From an uncultured delta proteobacterium (lineage in GTDB: Bacteria > Desulfobacterota > Desulfomonilia > UBA1062): a stretch of DNA of 64,000 bases. The notes below the pieces were generated by a model. It was not told the DNA's origin and searched no databases. It saw only the letters and a program-made list of their open reading frames with translations. Of the stretch, positions 47,022 through 59,441 are shown piece by piece. The stretch lies in assembly GCA_963752595.1 (NCBI GenBank), contig CAVVYZ010000009.1:192001-256000 (forward strand). Direction: 5' to 3'. Position 1 is the first letter of the stretch; every line of letters begins with the position of its first letter. The translations under genes and the position numbers were made by a program.

Positions 47022-47785
<764 letters not shown>

Positions 47786-47792
47786 ATAAATT

Positions 47793-48198
47793 ATGTATGG
47801 AGTCGTACTCGACATTCACATTTTGGCTTCGGTATCTTCTGATCATTGCCGTGCTTCTGCAGTCCGGCAAGGGTGCAGACATCGGCGCAGTCTTCGGCGG
47901 CGCAGGCAGCCAGGCCCTTTTCGGCTCAGCCGGCCCGGCCGATTTTCTCAACAAGGCGACGCGGGTACTGGTGGTGGTATTCATGCTCACCTCGCTGACC
48001 CTCGGCTACTCAGCCTTCCAGAAGTCCGGCAGCAGCATCATGGACAAACCGGCTGCAACCGCCCCGGCAGGGCCCGCAAAGAGCATGCCGGCCCCCGGAC
48101 CTTCCCAGAACGCTGCACCTGCAGTCCCTGCACCTTCAGCGCCTGCACCGGCTGCTCAGGGAAGCCCGGCGCCTGCCATTCCAGCTCCTGCCAAGTAA
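47793..48198 (+). CDS. secG: Preprotein translocase subunit SecG with Pro/Ala-rich tail
   Basis: VLLQSGKGADIGAVFGG..SQALFG...FLNKAT; position after tpiA. Confidence 0.92.
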
Positions 48199-48232
48199 GG
48201 GCTTAAAGCCTCTTCTTTTTTACATACATACC

Positions 48233-48261
48233 CATGCCCCGGTCTCCCGGGGCATGTTTTC
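48233..48261 (+). terminator. Rho-independent terminator after secG
   Basis: CATGCCCCGG-TCTC-CCGGGGCATG followed by TTTT. Confidence 0.75.
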
Positions 48262-48424
48262 GTGTGTATGAGAGCGAGCTTCCGGCAGTCTGCGAGTCAT
48301 TTAGGGCTGCACATCTCACACCGGCCATATGTTCATTGGAACCGGTGAAAAATTGACATGCTGCCTGCATCCGTGATAAGTCTGGGTGAGTTCATCATAT
48401 AATCTCTTTTTACCGGGGGTATAC

Positions 48425-49714
48425 ATGTACTGGGATAAAGATCATGAGTGCATCGAAAGGGACCGGCTGGAAGCGCTTCAGCTTGCGCGCCTCAAACAGA
48501 CCATTGAATGGGCATCCTGCTCTCCGTTCTACAAGGACAAAGGCCTCGGAGACATTTCCGTTCGGGATTTAAGCGACATACGCAAGTTCCCCGTCACCGT
48601 GAAACAGGACCTCCGGGACGCCTATCCCTACGGCATGGTAAGCACAGCACTGGATGAAGTGGTAAGGCTCCATTCTTCATCCGGTACCACCGGAACACCC
48701 ACGGTCGTATACCACAGCTCCGGAGATATCGACCGGTGGACCGAGCTCGTGACCCGCTGCCTCTACATGATGGGCATGAGGAAGAACCATGTGTTCCAGA
48801 ATATGATCGGCTACGGTCTCTTCACCGGCGGCCTCGGCCTGCATTACGGCGCCGAGCGGCTGGGGTGTCTCACCATCCCGACGGGCCCGGGCAACACCAA
48901 GCGCCAGCTCAAATTCATGAAAGACTTCCATACAACTGCCATCCATGTCATCCCCAGCTATGCACTGCACCTGGCCGATACCCTGGAGTCCCTGGGCATC
49001 GATCCCAGGAAGGAATTCCCGGATCTCAAATTCGCCATCCTCGGCGCCGAGCCCCACTCGGAAGAGACAAGGCTTAAGATCGAGGATTTCTTCGGGATAC
49101 GGGCATTCAACTCGTACGGCCTCTCCGAGATGAACGGCCCCGGTGTTGCCTTTGAATGCCCGGAAAAGAACGGGATGCACATCTGGGAAGACGCCTTCCT
49201 CGTGGAGATCGTCGACCCGGACACCCTGGAACCCCTTCCCTACGGCACCAGGGGAGAGCTCCTCATCACCACGCTCTGCCGGAAGGCCATGCCCATCATC
49301 CGCTACCGGACCAAGGACCTCACTTCCCTTATGCCCGAGGAATGCGCCTGCGGGAGGACCCACATGAGGATCGAGCGCATCACGGGCCGGAGCGACGATA
49401 TGATGATCCTGAAAGGAGTGAACATCTTCCCCATGCAGATCGAGGCCGTCCTCATCGGTATCCCCGGAGTCGGACGCAATTACCAGATCATCCTGGAGCA
49501 GAAAGGACACAATGACCACATGGTCGTCCGGGCCGAGATCGACCCTTCCCTGGATGTGGATGCATACAAAGGTCTGGAGCGCCTGCGGGAAAAGATCATC
49601 CGGGAACTTAAGGACGAGATTCTCCTCACTCCCGATGTGGAGCTGTGCCAGCCCGGAAGCATCCCGGTGCCGCAGGGCAAGGCAATCCGCGTGATAGACA
49701 ACCGCACGCTCTAG
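48425..49714 (+). CDS. paaK: Phenylacetate-CoA ligase family protein
   Basis: RLHSSSGTTG.PT, GYGLFTGGLGLHYGAE, GAEP, YGLSEMNGPGVA, IRYRTKD, GRSDDM..LKGVNIFP. Confidence 0.88.
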   Translation: MYWDKDHECIERDRLEALQLARLKQTIEWASCSPFYKDKGLGDISVRDLSDIRKFPVTVKQDLRDAYPYGMVSTALDEVVRLHSSSGTTGTPTVVYHSSGDIDRWTELVTRCLYMMGMRKNHVFQNMIGYGLFTGGLGLHYGAERLGCLTIPTGPGNTKRQLKFMKDFHTTAIHVIPSYALHLADTLESLGIDPRKEFPDLKFAILGAEPHSEETRLKIEDFFGIRAFNSYGLSEMNGPGVAFECPEKNGMHIWEDAFLVEIVDPDTLEPLPYGTRGELLITTLCRKAMPIIRYRTKDLTSLMPEECACGRTHMRIERITGRSDDMMILKGVNIFPMQIEAVLIGIPGVGRNYQIILEQKGHNDHMVVRAEIDPSLDVDAYKGLERLREKIIRELKDEILLTPDVELCQPGSIPVPQGKAIRVIDNRTL

Positions 49715-49861
49715 GGGAGCAAAGGCAAAAAACATTCTTCGCAAAAGCCTCCTTTGCTGCCCTGGCCGCTGCAATGCTGTTACACTAACATTTCTTATTT
49801 ACTCATCTGATATTTTTCTATAGGATCGCGACACTTCACGAGCATGTGAGGAGGTAAACGG

Positions 49862-51298
49862 ATGTCGGACACAGAAAACAACGAAAAACAACTCTCTATG
49901 GAAGAACTGCTCAATTCTTACAGCCCCGAGAGCAGCAACATGGTAAGGGTCGGCGACAAGATCCATGGAAAGATCATCTCCATCGGCAAGGAAAGCGTGT
50001 TCGTTGATACGGGCAGTAAAATGGACGGTGTCGTTGACATCGCCGAGCTCGTGGAAGAAGGCGAAGAGCTTCCTTATAAGGTGGGAGACAGCATCGATCT
50101 CTACGTCGTAGCCATCCGCCGCGGCGAGATCAGGCTTTCACGTGCATTGACCGGCCTAGGCGGCATCGACCAGCTCAAAGATGCCTATAGAGACCATCTG
50201 CCCGTCGAAGGCCGTGTTGCGGAAACCTGCAAAGGGGGCTTCAGCGTTGAGGTCGTCAAGAGAAGGGCCTTCTGCCCGGTGAGCCAGATCGATACGATCT
50301 ATGTGAATACACCCGAGGATTATGTCGGGAAGTCTTACCGCTTCCTCATCACCGAGTTTGCCGAGGGCGGGAAAAACATCGTGCTCTCCCGCCGGGTGCT
50401 TTTGGAGCAGGAGCAGGCCGAATCCAAAGAGGCATTTATCGCCACCCTCGCCGTGGGCACGGTGAGCACGGGCAGGGTGAGCAGGATCATGCCGTACGGG
50501 GCTTTCGTCGAGATCAGCCCCGGAATCGAGGGCATGGTGCACATTTCCGAGATGAGCTGGTCCAGGCTGGGAAGTCCGGATGAGATCCTGCATGTGGGTG
50601 ACGAGATCACGGTAAAGGTCATCGGGATCGAAGATAGCGGAAAAGAAAACCGGAAGATCTCCCTGTCCATGAAGCAGGTAGGCAATGACCCGTGGAATAC
50701 GGTTCAGGAACGGTACAAGTACGGCGACAAGCTCAAGGGAACGGTCATGCGGTGCATGGACTACGGCGTGTTCGTCGAGATCGAACCCGGGGTCGAAGGG
50801 CTGGTCCATATCTCGGAGATGAGCTACATGAAAAGGGTAGCAAAGGTCCAGGATATGGTCTCTGTCGGAGATCGTATCGAGGTCATGGTCAAGGAGATCA
50901 ATTCCGAGAACAGGAAGATATCCTTGAGCATGAAAGATGCGGAAGGGGATCCCTGGATAAGCGTAACGGAAAAATATCGAGTCGGCCAGAAGATAGAGGG
51001 AATCATCGAGAAGAAGGAAAAGTTCGGCTATTTCATAACCCTTGAGCCGGGTATCACCGGATTGCTCCCGAAATCCAGAATCGCACGGTTCAGCGACCCT
51101 TCCGCCATCGACAAGAAACAGGCAGGAGACAGCATCGCGGTTGTCATCGAGTCCATCGACAAGGATCAGCGCAAGCTCACCCTGGGCCCCGGCGATTCTC
51201 AGGATGAAGATGACTGGAAGACCTTCACGGGCGATGCGAAACAGACCGTGAGCTCGCTCGGCGAGAAACTTCAGCAGGCGCTCAAGAAAAAGAAATAA
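49862..51298 (+). CDS. rpsA: 30S ribosomal protein S1 / S1-like protein (five S1 repeats)
   Basis: RAFCPVSQI, YGAFVEI..GIEGMVHISEMSW, YGVFVEI..GVEGLVHISEMS, FGYFITL..GITGLL repeats. Confidence 0.8.
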   Translation: MSDTENNEKQLSMEELLNSYSPESSNMVRVGDKIHGKIISIGKESVFVDTGSKMDGVVDIAELVEEGEELPYKVGDSIDLYVVAIRRGEIRLSRALTGLGGIDQLKDAYRDHLPVEGRVAETCKGGFSVEVVKRRAFCPVSQIDTIYVNTPEDYVGKSYRFLITEFAEGGKNIVLSRRVLLEQEQAESKEAFIATLAVGTVSTGRVSRIMPYGAFVEISPGIEGMVHISEMSWSRLGSPDEILHVGDEITVKVIGIEDSGKENRKISLSMKQVGNDPWNTVQERYKYGDKLKGTVMRCMDYGVFVEIEPGVEGLVHISEMSYMKRVAKVQDMVSVGDRIEVMVKEINSENRKISLSMKDAEGDPWISVTEKYRVGQKIEGIIEKKEKFGYFITLEPGITGLLPKSRIARFSDPSAIDKKQAGDSIAVVIESIDKDQRKLTLGPGDSQDEDDWKTFTGDAKQTVSSLGEKLQQALKKKK

Positions 51299-51329
51299 CG
51301 GCAGGTTTAAGATACAGTTATCAGAATAT

Positions 51330-51385
51330 AAGAGCCGGAGCAGCTTTACCTGTTATCACGTAAAGCTGCTCCGGCTCTTTCTCTA
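51330..51385. terminator. Terminator hairpin between convergent genes
   Basis: AGAGCCGGAGCAGCTTTAC / GTAAAGCTGCTCCGGCTCT 19-bp perfect stem followed by TTCTCTATT. Confidence 0.8.
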
Positions 51386-51402
51386 TTGAAATCCGCTTTC
51401 GT

Positions 51403-52569
51403 TTAATGGCCCGCAAAATCCAGAGTCACGGCGCTGCCGGTTGCTGCATTCCGGCCCGGCAGCGTGGTGGTACCGTCGGTTGCAATGACGACATAAGCGC
51501 CTGTGGGCAGATCGACCTTGTACGATCCGGTCTGGGAAACATTCACGGTCTTTACCTCGATCAGATTCGCATCATCGCACAGAGGTGCCCTCAGGAAGTG
51601 TATTGCAACAACCTGGTCCTGTACTCCCGCGGGCAAGGAGACATTGCATGAGATCGTTGCCATGGCCGATTGAGGCAGGACAAACGACTGCTCGAAATAC
51701 TCGTTGCTTCCCGTCATGACCAGTGAGCAGGCAGGCATATAGCCGTCTTTGTAGGCAACGACCGTATAGAGGTCCGGATCAAGGTATATCTGATATTCTC
51801 CGGTATCGGTCGTCAGCGTTGATCCATACACATTCACCTCATGGGCGCCCTGGTTGTACTTCTGGGCGCTTACCCTTGCCCCCTGAATCGGAAAGCCTGC
51901 CTCGTCGGTAATCACCCCGCTTAAGACTGCCTTGTTGATCGTGCCGATGACCTTGATCGTCGGCTTGAGCTGCCAGTTTCCGCTGGTGCCCGCTTTCACG
52001 ATGGATCTTTCCACGTCAAAATCAAGGACCAGTTCGGTGGTCAGTCCTTCCACGATCCCGAACTGGTGGACGAGCTTGACGCCTGACTGGTATCCGCTCG
52101 GAACACGCAGTTCATGGGCATCGTTCAGGCCGTCTATAAAGTAATTTACATATGGGTGGCTTTGCCCCAGGATATTCAACCTGCTGTCGGCTGCAGTGCC
52201 GATGAGCAGCCTCATCTGCGTATAGGCACCTGTTTCGAGAGAGGAGAGCCCCAATTCCTCCATCACCCCGTTTACCAGATGGAGGAGATTGTAGGTTTTA
52301 TTGGGAGTTGCAACGACATACCAGACAGCTTCCGCATCCTCGCCCCTGTGAACCTGCACTTCCTTGATAGTGACATATACGGCCTTATAATCGCTTGATG
52401 CGGCGTCGGAAAGATTTAAGGATAATGACCCAATCGATTCCGATGAACCGCTGCCGCATGCAGAAACCATCGCTGCTGCCAGTAGAAAACCAAGGAAACA
52501 TGCTCTCGATCTCATTGTCATGGCTCTTCTTTCTCCCCATACATTGTATTGTATTCCAAGCTTCTGCAA
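51403..52569 (-). CDS. DUF4382 domain lipoprotein with carboxypeptidase-regulatory-like domain
   Basis: Lipobox VSAC, LSLNLSDA, AVYVTIKEVQV, G.YTQMRL, LRVPSG.QSGVKL, LDFDVERSI, LKPTIK; likely start near 52521. Confidence 0.82.
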   Translation of the reverse strand: MQKLGIQYNVWGERRAMTMRSRACFLGFLLAAAMVSACGSGSSESIGSLSLNLSDAASSDYKAVYVTIKEVQVHRGEDAEAVWYVVATPNKTYNLLHLVNGVMEELGLSSLETGAYTQMRLLIGTAADSRLNILGQSHPYVNYFIDGLNDAHELRVPSGYQSGVKLVHQFGIVEGLTTELVLDFDVERSIVKAGTSGNWQLKPTIKVIGTINKAVLSGVITDEAGFPIQGARVSAQKYNQGAHEVNVYGSTLTTDTGEYQIYLDPDLYTVVAYKDGYMPACSLVMTGSNEYFEQSFVLPQSAMATISCNVSLPAGVQDQVVAIHFLRAPLCDDANLIEVKTVNVSQTGSYKVDLPTGAYVVIATDGTTTLPGRNAATGSAVTLDFAGH

Positions 52570-52779
52570 TAAACATGCACACCATCAGCCCGCTCCGGCA
52601 TTGCCCGCTGCGGCCGATACCTCTCGGAAGGGAATGATAAAAAAATACAATATTTGTCTTATTTGTTACATTTATGAAGAGATCCCTTTCCCTTAGAGGG
52701 GGAGTAGAGCTTTTTGCAGGCATAGGAAGTTTTTCGATTACCCATTGACGGCCCGGTGGCAATAATTTATTTATACTAA

Positions 52780-52797
52780 TATAGTTCACTTACTATA
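52780..52797. promoter_or_regulatory. Candidate TetR operator palindrome
   Basis: TATAGT-N6-ACTATA just upstream of the TetR gene and downstream of TTGACG at 52745. Confidence 0.35.
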
Positions 52798-52805
52798 AGG
52801 TTGTC

Positions 52806-53386
52806 ATGAGGGTTTCCAGTGCTGATATCAGAGGAAGGGTGATCAGGACTACCCGCGATCTCCTGAAAAAACACGGCCTCAAGGGCTGGGACATGGACCT
52901 CCTGGCCCTGGAGACCGGCCTTGCGAAGAATACTCTCTACAAAATCATAATATCCAAGGAAAGTCTTCTGGAGCAGGTGATCCTTTCGAAGATGCGGGAA
53001 GACCTCGTCCAGATCGAGCAGATCCTGAATGAGGAAGCGGATTATGCGAAGGCAGTGAGCCGGATAACCCAGCGGTTTGCCGATCTGGTCAAGGACAACT
53101 TTGATTACGTGATCCCCGGTATATATCTCGAATACCCCGCATTAGAAAAGAATGTCCGGGCAGCGCAGAAAGAGATCTATGCATCGCTGAATACATTCAT
53201 CCTGAAAGGGATGGAAAAAGGCGTGATGCGTGATGATGTAACCCCGGAATTCATCCTGGACCTGGCTGAAGGCATATCCTTCATTATTACCGCTCGGGTT
53301 TTACCGGGGAGAAATTTGAAATTGCATTCCAGTTCGCCATTAATTGCCTGGTGAATGGGTTGAGGAAAGATCAGCAGCTTCACTGA
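52806..53386 (+). CDS. TetR/AcrR family transcriptional regulator (frameshift near 3' end)
   Basis: N-terminal HTH ...HGLKGWDMDLLALETGLAKNTLYK..SKESLL. Confidence 0.85.
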
Positions 53387-53458
53387 CGGCAGTCGCGATT
53401 AAACAATAACGAATCGAGGCCTTGGAGAAGATGCTCACATGCTGTCACATGAAAAGGG

Positions 53459-54436
53459 GTGTTTATGGCTGATTCAGGGAGAGTTATAAAAAGGGCTGCC
53501 CTTACAGTGGTCCTCATCGTACTTCTTGGCGCTGTCGGGTTTCAAATCTTTTACCATCAGGAAAAGGCCGCAATCCCGGAAGGCTTTGCCATGGGGAACG
53601 GACGGGTTGAAGCAACCGAGGTGGATATTGCCACATGCATACCCGGCCGCCTGTACGATGTCCTCGTGAAAGAGGGGGACCTCGTCAAGGAAAACCAGGT
53701 GCTGGCAAATATGGATATCAGCACGCTCCAGGCGATACTGAGACAGGCCGAGGCTGAGGTCATGAGGGCGAAAAAGGCCCGTCTGAGTGCCCTCGCAAAG
53801 GTAGAGGAAAGCAAGAACAGGGTGTCCCTTGCCTGCAAGGAGCTCGACCGGTCGAAAAATCTCTTTGCAAAGGGCATTGCAACGCAGCAGCAGTTCGACC
53901 GTGACGAGACGCTCAAGCAGGCATACACCGCAGAATACTCGGGCCTGCAGTCGAAAGTGGCCGAGGCCGAGGCTGCCATTGAGTCGGCCATAGCCCAGAC
54001 CGAGCGCCTGAAGACAGAGATCGATGACTGCATTTTGAGGACCTACTGCAACGGCCGCGTCCAGTCCCGCCTTGCAGAGCCAGGCGAGGTGCTGCCTGCA
54101 GGAGGGAAGGTCCTCACCGTCATCGCCCTCGATGACATGTACATGAATATCTTCCTTCCCGAGAGCATTGCCGGCCGCGTTGCCATCGGCTCAGAGGCTA
54201 AAGTCGTGCTCGATGCCTTCCCCGACCACCCGGTCCCGGCACAGGTGACCTTTGTCTCGGAGAAGGCCCAGTTTACCCCCAAGGAGGTGGAAGCCGCAGA
54301 AGAGCGCCAGAAGCTTGTCTTCCGGGTCAAGGTGCGAATCGACGGGAAAGAGGATCCCCGACTGAAGCCCGGGATACCAGGAGTTGCATATATCCGCCTG
54401 GATAAAGATGCACATTGGCCGGATTCCCTGCAATGA
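53459..54436 (+). CDS. HlyD family membrane fusion protein (YhiI-like)
   Basis: [53 protein letters not shown]. Confidence 0.9.
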   Translation: MFMADSGRVIKRAALTVVLIVLLGAVGFQIFYHQEKAAIPEGFAMGNGRVEATEVDIATCIPGRLYDVLVKEGDLVKENQVLANMDISTLQAILRQAEAEVMRAKKARLSALAKVEESKNRVSLACKELDRSKNLFAKGIATQQQFDRDETLKQAYTAEYSGLQSKVAEAEAAIESAIAQTERLKTEIDDCILRTYCNGRVQSRLAEPGEVLPAGGKVLTVIALDDMYMNIFLPESIAGRVAIGSEAKVVLDAFPDHPVPAQVTFVSEKAQFTPKEVEAAEERQKLVFRVKVRIDGKEDPRLKPGIPGVAYIRLDKDAHWPDSLQ

Positions 54437-57193
54437 GTTTGCTGATCGATTCCGGGACGCCCATCGTACGCATTGAAGGGTTTGCTCATCGTTACGGAAA
54501 AAAGCATGCCCTCCACGCAATCGATCTGGATATCCCTGCCGGATGCCAGGTGGGCCTTATCGGTCCGGACGGCGTAGGCAAATCAACGCTGCTGGGCGTC
54601 ATTGCCGGCCAGAAAAAGATCCAGAACGGCAAGGTTATCGTCCTGGCCGGAGATATGCGGTCGCATATCCACCGCCAGAACGTCTGCTCCCAGATCGCCT
54701 ATATCCCGCAGGGGCTGGGCGGAAACCTCTATGCCACGCTCTCCGTGTGGGAAAACGTAGACTTCTTCGGCCGCCTCTTCGGTCTGGCCCGCGAAGAGAG
54801 GGAAGATAAGATCGGCAGACTCTTGAAGGCCACCAGCCTCGCCCCTTTTGCCGACAGGGCTGCAGGAAATCTCTCAGGCGGGATGAAGCAGAAGCTGGGA
54901 CTGTGCTGCGCCCTGATCCACGATCCGGAACTGCTCATCATGGACGAGCCTACCACCGGGGTCGATCCCCTGTCGAGGCGCCAGTTCTGGGACCTCGTCA
55001 AGGATATGGGCAGCCACCACAAAGGCATGAGCATTCTCATCGCCACCGCCTACATGGAGGAAGCCGAGCACCTCGACTGGCTCGTCATGATGGAGGGGGG
55101 GCGGCTCCTTGCAACCGGGACACCTGCAGAGCTTAAAGGTCGTACCGGAAAAGAAACCATCGAGGATACCTATATCGCACTCTTGCCCGAGGAAAAGCGC
55201 ACAGGCCACCGGGCCTTCGCCCCTCCGCCCAAGAGTATTCTCCGGCGACGGAGCGGCTATCGAGGCGAAAAACCTTACCAAGCGCTTCGGCGACTTTACC
55301 GCTGTCAAGGATGTTTCCTTTACAATCCCCAAGGGGGAGATTTTCGGCTTTGTCGGCTCAAACGGCTGCGGCAAGACCACGACCATGAAGATGCTCACCG
55401 GCCTCCTTCCCCCAACGCACGGAGAGGCCTATCTCTTCGGGAAGCCCATCGAGGCAGGGAGCATCGAGCTCCGGAAGCGCATCGGCTATATGTCGCAGAT
55501 GTTCTCCCTCTACGGCGAGCTCACGGTCCGGCAGAACCTCGAGATGCACGCCCACCTCTTCGACCTTCCTGCATCCGGGATCCCGGGAAGGGTTCGGAAG
55601 ATGGCCGATCTGTTCGACCTGCACGACGCCATGGAGGACCAGACCGAGCGCCTGCCGCTGGGCATCAGGCAGCGCCTTTCCCTGGCCGTTGCAGCTATCC
55701 ACGAGCCGGAGATCCTCATCCTCGACGAGCCCACGTCCGGTGTCGACCCGGTTGCCCGGGACCATTTCTGGGAGATGCTCATCAAGCTTTCCCGGGAAAA
55801 TGGTGTCACTATCTTCGTCACTACCCACTACATGAACGAAGCGAGCCGCTGCGACCGCGTCGCCCTCATGAGCATGGGATGCGTCCTCGCCTGCGATTGC
55901 CCGGATGTGCTTATCCGGGAACGCAACTGCCGGACCCTCGAAGAGACCTTCATTGCATGCATGAAGGAAGATATGGAGAGAAACGGGACCGTGCTTGAGA
56001 TGGACGGGGAAAGGCAGGGCATCCCGCTCATGGTCTTTCCTGAAAAAACCCATAAACAGAAACGCAATTTCGATATCAGCCGTCTGGCCGCCCTGGCGAG
56101 GAGGGAGACCGTCGAACTCTTCCGCGACCCTGTACGCCTGATCACATCCTTCGTGATAGCGCCGATCCTCCTCATCGTGTTCGGCTACGGCATCTCCATA
56201 GACATCGAGAACATACGCTTCAGCACCCTCGATTACGACCGGACAGGGGCAAGCAGGGCATACGTGGAATCTTTCTCGGGCACCCGCTACTTCAAGGAGC
56301 AGGCTCCCATAGAATCACCTTCGGAATGGACAGCGGGTTCCGGAAAGGAGAATACAAGATGGTCCTCGAGATCCCGCCCGGGTTCGAACAGGGATCTCAA
56401 GCGCGGCCGATCGCCCGAGGTGGCGTTGATTCTGGACGGGACCATGCCGTTCCGCGCCGAGACCTCGAAGAACTATGCGGAAGCCGTTCACCTGCTCTAC
56501 CTGGCGGACCTTCAGGGACGGGCGCCCGGAGGTGCCGCATTCTCAACCGTCAAGGTCCAGCCCCGCTACTGGTACAACCAGATGGTGCGCAGCCGCTACA
56601 GCCATCGTTCCCGGGCTGCTGGCCGTCATCCTGGTGCTCGTTCCCTCCATGCTCACAGCCATCGGCGTGGTGAGGGAAAAGGAGCTCGGCTCCATCGCGA
56701 ATTTTTACTCCAGCCCGATGACCCGCCTGGAATTCCTCTGGGGAAAGCAGGCCCCCTACATCGCCATCAGCATCATCAGCTTCCTTGTGCTCGTGGCGTG
56801 ATGCTGTTCCTGTTCAGGATCCCGTTCAAGGGCAGCCTTCCCGCCTGTTCTCGTCGGAGCGCTGCTCTATATCATTACGAGCACCGGTATCGGCTGTTCA
56901 TATCGACCTTCACCCAGACGCAGATTGCCGCCCTGGTGGCAGCCTTTGTCATTACCCTCGTGCCCTCCGTTTGAATTTTCGGGCCTGATCACCCCGGTCA
57001 TCTGCCCTGACCGGAGGGGCCCAGCATCATGTCCGTCATCTTCCCGGCCCGATATTTCCTGAACATCAGCGTCGGAACCTTCACCAAGGGGATCGGCTTC
57101 CCCGAGCTCGCTGCCGAACTACCTCGCGCTCATCCTCATCTATGTGAGCATGCAGACCAGACGGTCCTGCTGCTCAGAAAGCAGGGGAAGTGA
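54433..57193 (+). CDS. rbbA: RbbA-like double-ATPase plus permease ABC protein (frameshifted)
   Basis: [36 protein letters not shown]; second [30 protein letters not shown]; permease RDPVRL...[10 protein letters not shown]. Confidence 0.9.
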
Positions 57194-57194
57194 C

Positions 57195-58306
57195 ATGAGA
57201 GAGCTCCGGCACATCTACCGTCTGGGTTCAAGGAGCTCATCAGCTTCCGCTACGATATCGTGCTCATCGTTCTCCTGATCTACTGTTTCACGGTCATGGT
57301 CATCGTGCCCTCGAAGGGCACGGGCCTGCAGGTGCGCAACTCTGCAGTGGCAATCGTCGATGAGGACCAGACGCCCCTGTCGGCAAGGATCAGGGCAGCC
57401 ATCGGAAGCCTTATTTCAAGGAGCCGCGCATGATTTCCTACCAGGACATCGACCTCGCTCTGGACAGGGGCAAGTATATCTTTGTCATCCATATCCCTCG
57501 GGATTCCAGAAAGATGTGCTCGCCGGCGAAGAAGCCCGAGGTGGCCTGGAAATCGATGCAACCGCCATGGCCCATGCCAAGCTGGGGACGACATATCTGA
57601 TGAACATCATACACGATGAGGTCATCACCTACCTGTACGGCCCGAGAAGCAACCCGACCCGCCCGTGTCGCTGAACATCCGCGCCAAGTACAACCCCAAC
57701 CGGGAGAGCCGGTGGTTCATGAGCCTTGTCTTTCTCACGCACATGATCACCCTGCTCTCCATCCTGCTGCCGGCTGCAGCGCTCATCAAGGAAAGAGAGC
57801 GCGGGACCGTGGAGCACCTCCTCGTCATGCCGCTTCACCCCTTCGAGATCTCCCTGGCCAAGGTATGGTCCAACAGCTTCCTCGTAGTGGTCGGTGCCAT
57901 GCTGTCGCTCCTCTTCTGCGTAAAAGGCATCATCGGCACACCGATAATCGGCTCCGTGCCGCTCTTTTTGTCGGCACGCTCCTCTACCTTTTCGCGGCAA
58001 CAGAGCTCGGGATCTTCCTGGCAACCATTGCAAAGAACCTGCCCCAGGTAGGACTCCTGAGCATGCCCGTCATCGTACCCCTGGCCATGCTCGCCGGGGG
58101 CACGACTCCCCTTGAGGCCATGCCCATGTTCCTGCAGAAGATCATGGTATTTTTCCCCGACCGCGCATTACCTCGAATTCATGACCGCTGTCCTTCTCCG
58201 GGATGCCGGCATCGCCGATATATGGCCTCAGCTTGCCGCCATGGCAGCCATCGGCATAGTCCTCTTCACGGCAGCACTCATGCGCTTCCGCGCCACATTC
58301 CGGTAA
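57195..58306 (+). CDS. ABC-2 type permease (YhhJ-like; frameshifted)
   Basis: KELISF..D, AIVDEDQ..LS, IDATAM, YNPN, AALIKERERGTVEHLLVMP, GGTTPLEAMP. Confidence 0.88.
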
Positions 58307-58692
58307 GTCTTCGCCGGATGACAAGGAGTGGATCATACTGTGCTTCAGCATTCTTGGCTGATACTTCTCAACTCTTAACGCTTCTCGCCCACACGGCAAC
58401 AGGCTAACCCATCCGGTCAGGAGTATTATCGAGAATAAGCTCCTTTCATATGACTCGATTGAGTTTTTCACTTATCCGGACATTATAGATATGAAGAATA
58501 CCTTCAAAATTGATTATGTATCTCCTTGCTATTGGATGAAAGGAAAGTGGAGGTCTTAGCTGAAACTATTTCAATTTATCTTCCCCAAATTCAGGCAATG
58601 GCAGTCAGTGCCTGGTCGGGGAATCTTCTGAAAAAATGCCTCGAAAGAAGAGGATTGAACAATGAATACCCAAATTAAGAAAAGGAGCTTCC

Positions 58693-59028
58693 ATGGTTGA
58701 ACTGGGAACACGATACAAATGCTTTGAATGCGACACGAAGTTTTATGACCTCAACAAGCCCCAGCCGCTATGTCCTTCATGCGGAAAGGATCAGAAAGAT
58801 AAAAAAGCAGCTAAGCCATTCAAGCGAAAGAAATGGCGCTCATCCTTCAAGACGGAACCGGAAATTCATGTTGTCCCGGAAGATAGTGATGCCTTGATCG
58901 ATCCGGAGAAAAGTGACCTCCCGACCGCAGCTGATGAAAAAGACAAGGATGGATATGTTCTCGAAGAGGAGGGCAATGCCGGAGAGGAAATCTCCCGGGA
59001 AGACTCAGATAAGGATGAGGATGATTAA
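58693..59028 (+). CDS. FYDLN acidic domain protein (TIGR02300-like Zn ribbon)
   Basis: LGTRYKCFECDTKFYDLNKPQPLCPSCG plus acidic tail. Confidence 0.88.
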   Translation: MVELGTRYKCFECDTKFYDLNKPQPLCPSCGKDQKDKKAAKPFKRKKWRSSFKTEPEIHVVPEDSDALIDPEKSDLPTAADEKDKDGYVLEEEGNAGEEISREDSDKDEDD

Positions 59029-59441
59029 CAATTGAGATCCAATCAGACTGTTCTCTTATATGCAGTCTCATTGTCCGATTAATCTCTCGCATCATTCCTG
59101 AGCCAGGATCGCTTTCATTTTCCGCCGGAATGATGATGACATCTTTTAATGGTTTTCGCCCGCCTGATGATGCCTATATTTTCACTGAGCAGCTTTAGGG
59201 TATGGTTGTCACAATCCATGCAGATAGTAGGACGATCGGAGATCGTTGTAAGCGTCGCTAATCCGGGTTGATATTAAAAAACGGCATCCCCCGAGCAGGG
59301 TAGGTTTTCAATCTCTGATATTTAATATCTCCAAAGAGGCTGTTGAAAAACTCAAACCATGAAGAGCGGCTAAAAGAATGACCTCACAGAATGCCCGAGG
59401 TTGAGAGTTTTATGATCGGGGCTTGTGTTTTGATGTTACTA

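Noticed and set aside
48049-48198. Pro/Ala-rich SecG tail as a novel domain
   Set aside because: Low-complexity C-terminal extensions are common in SecG.
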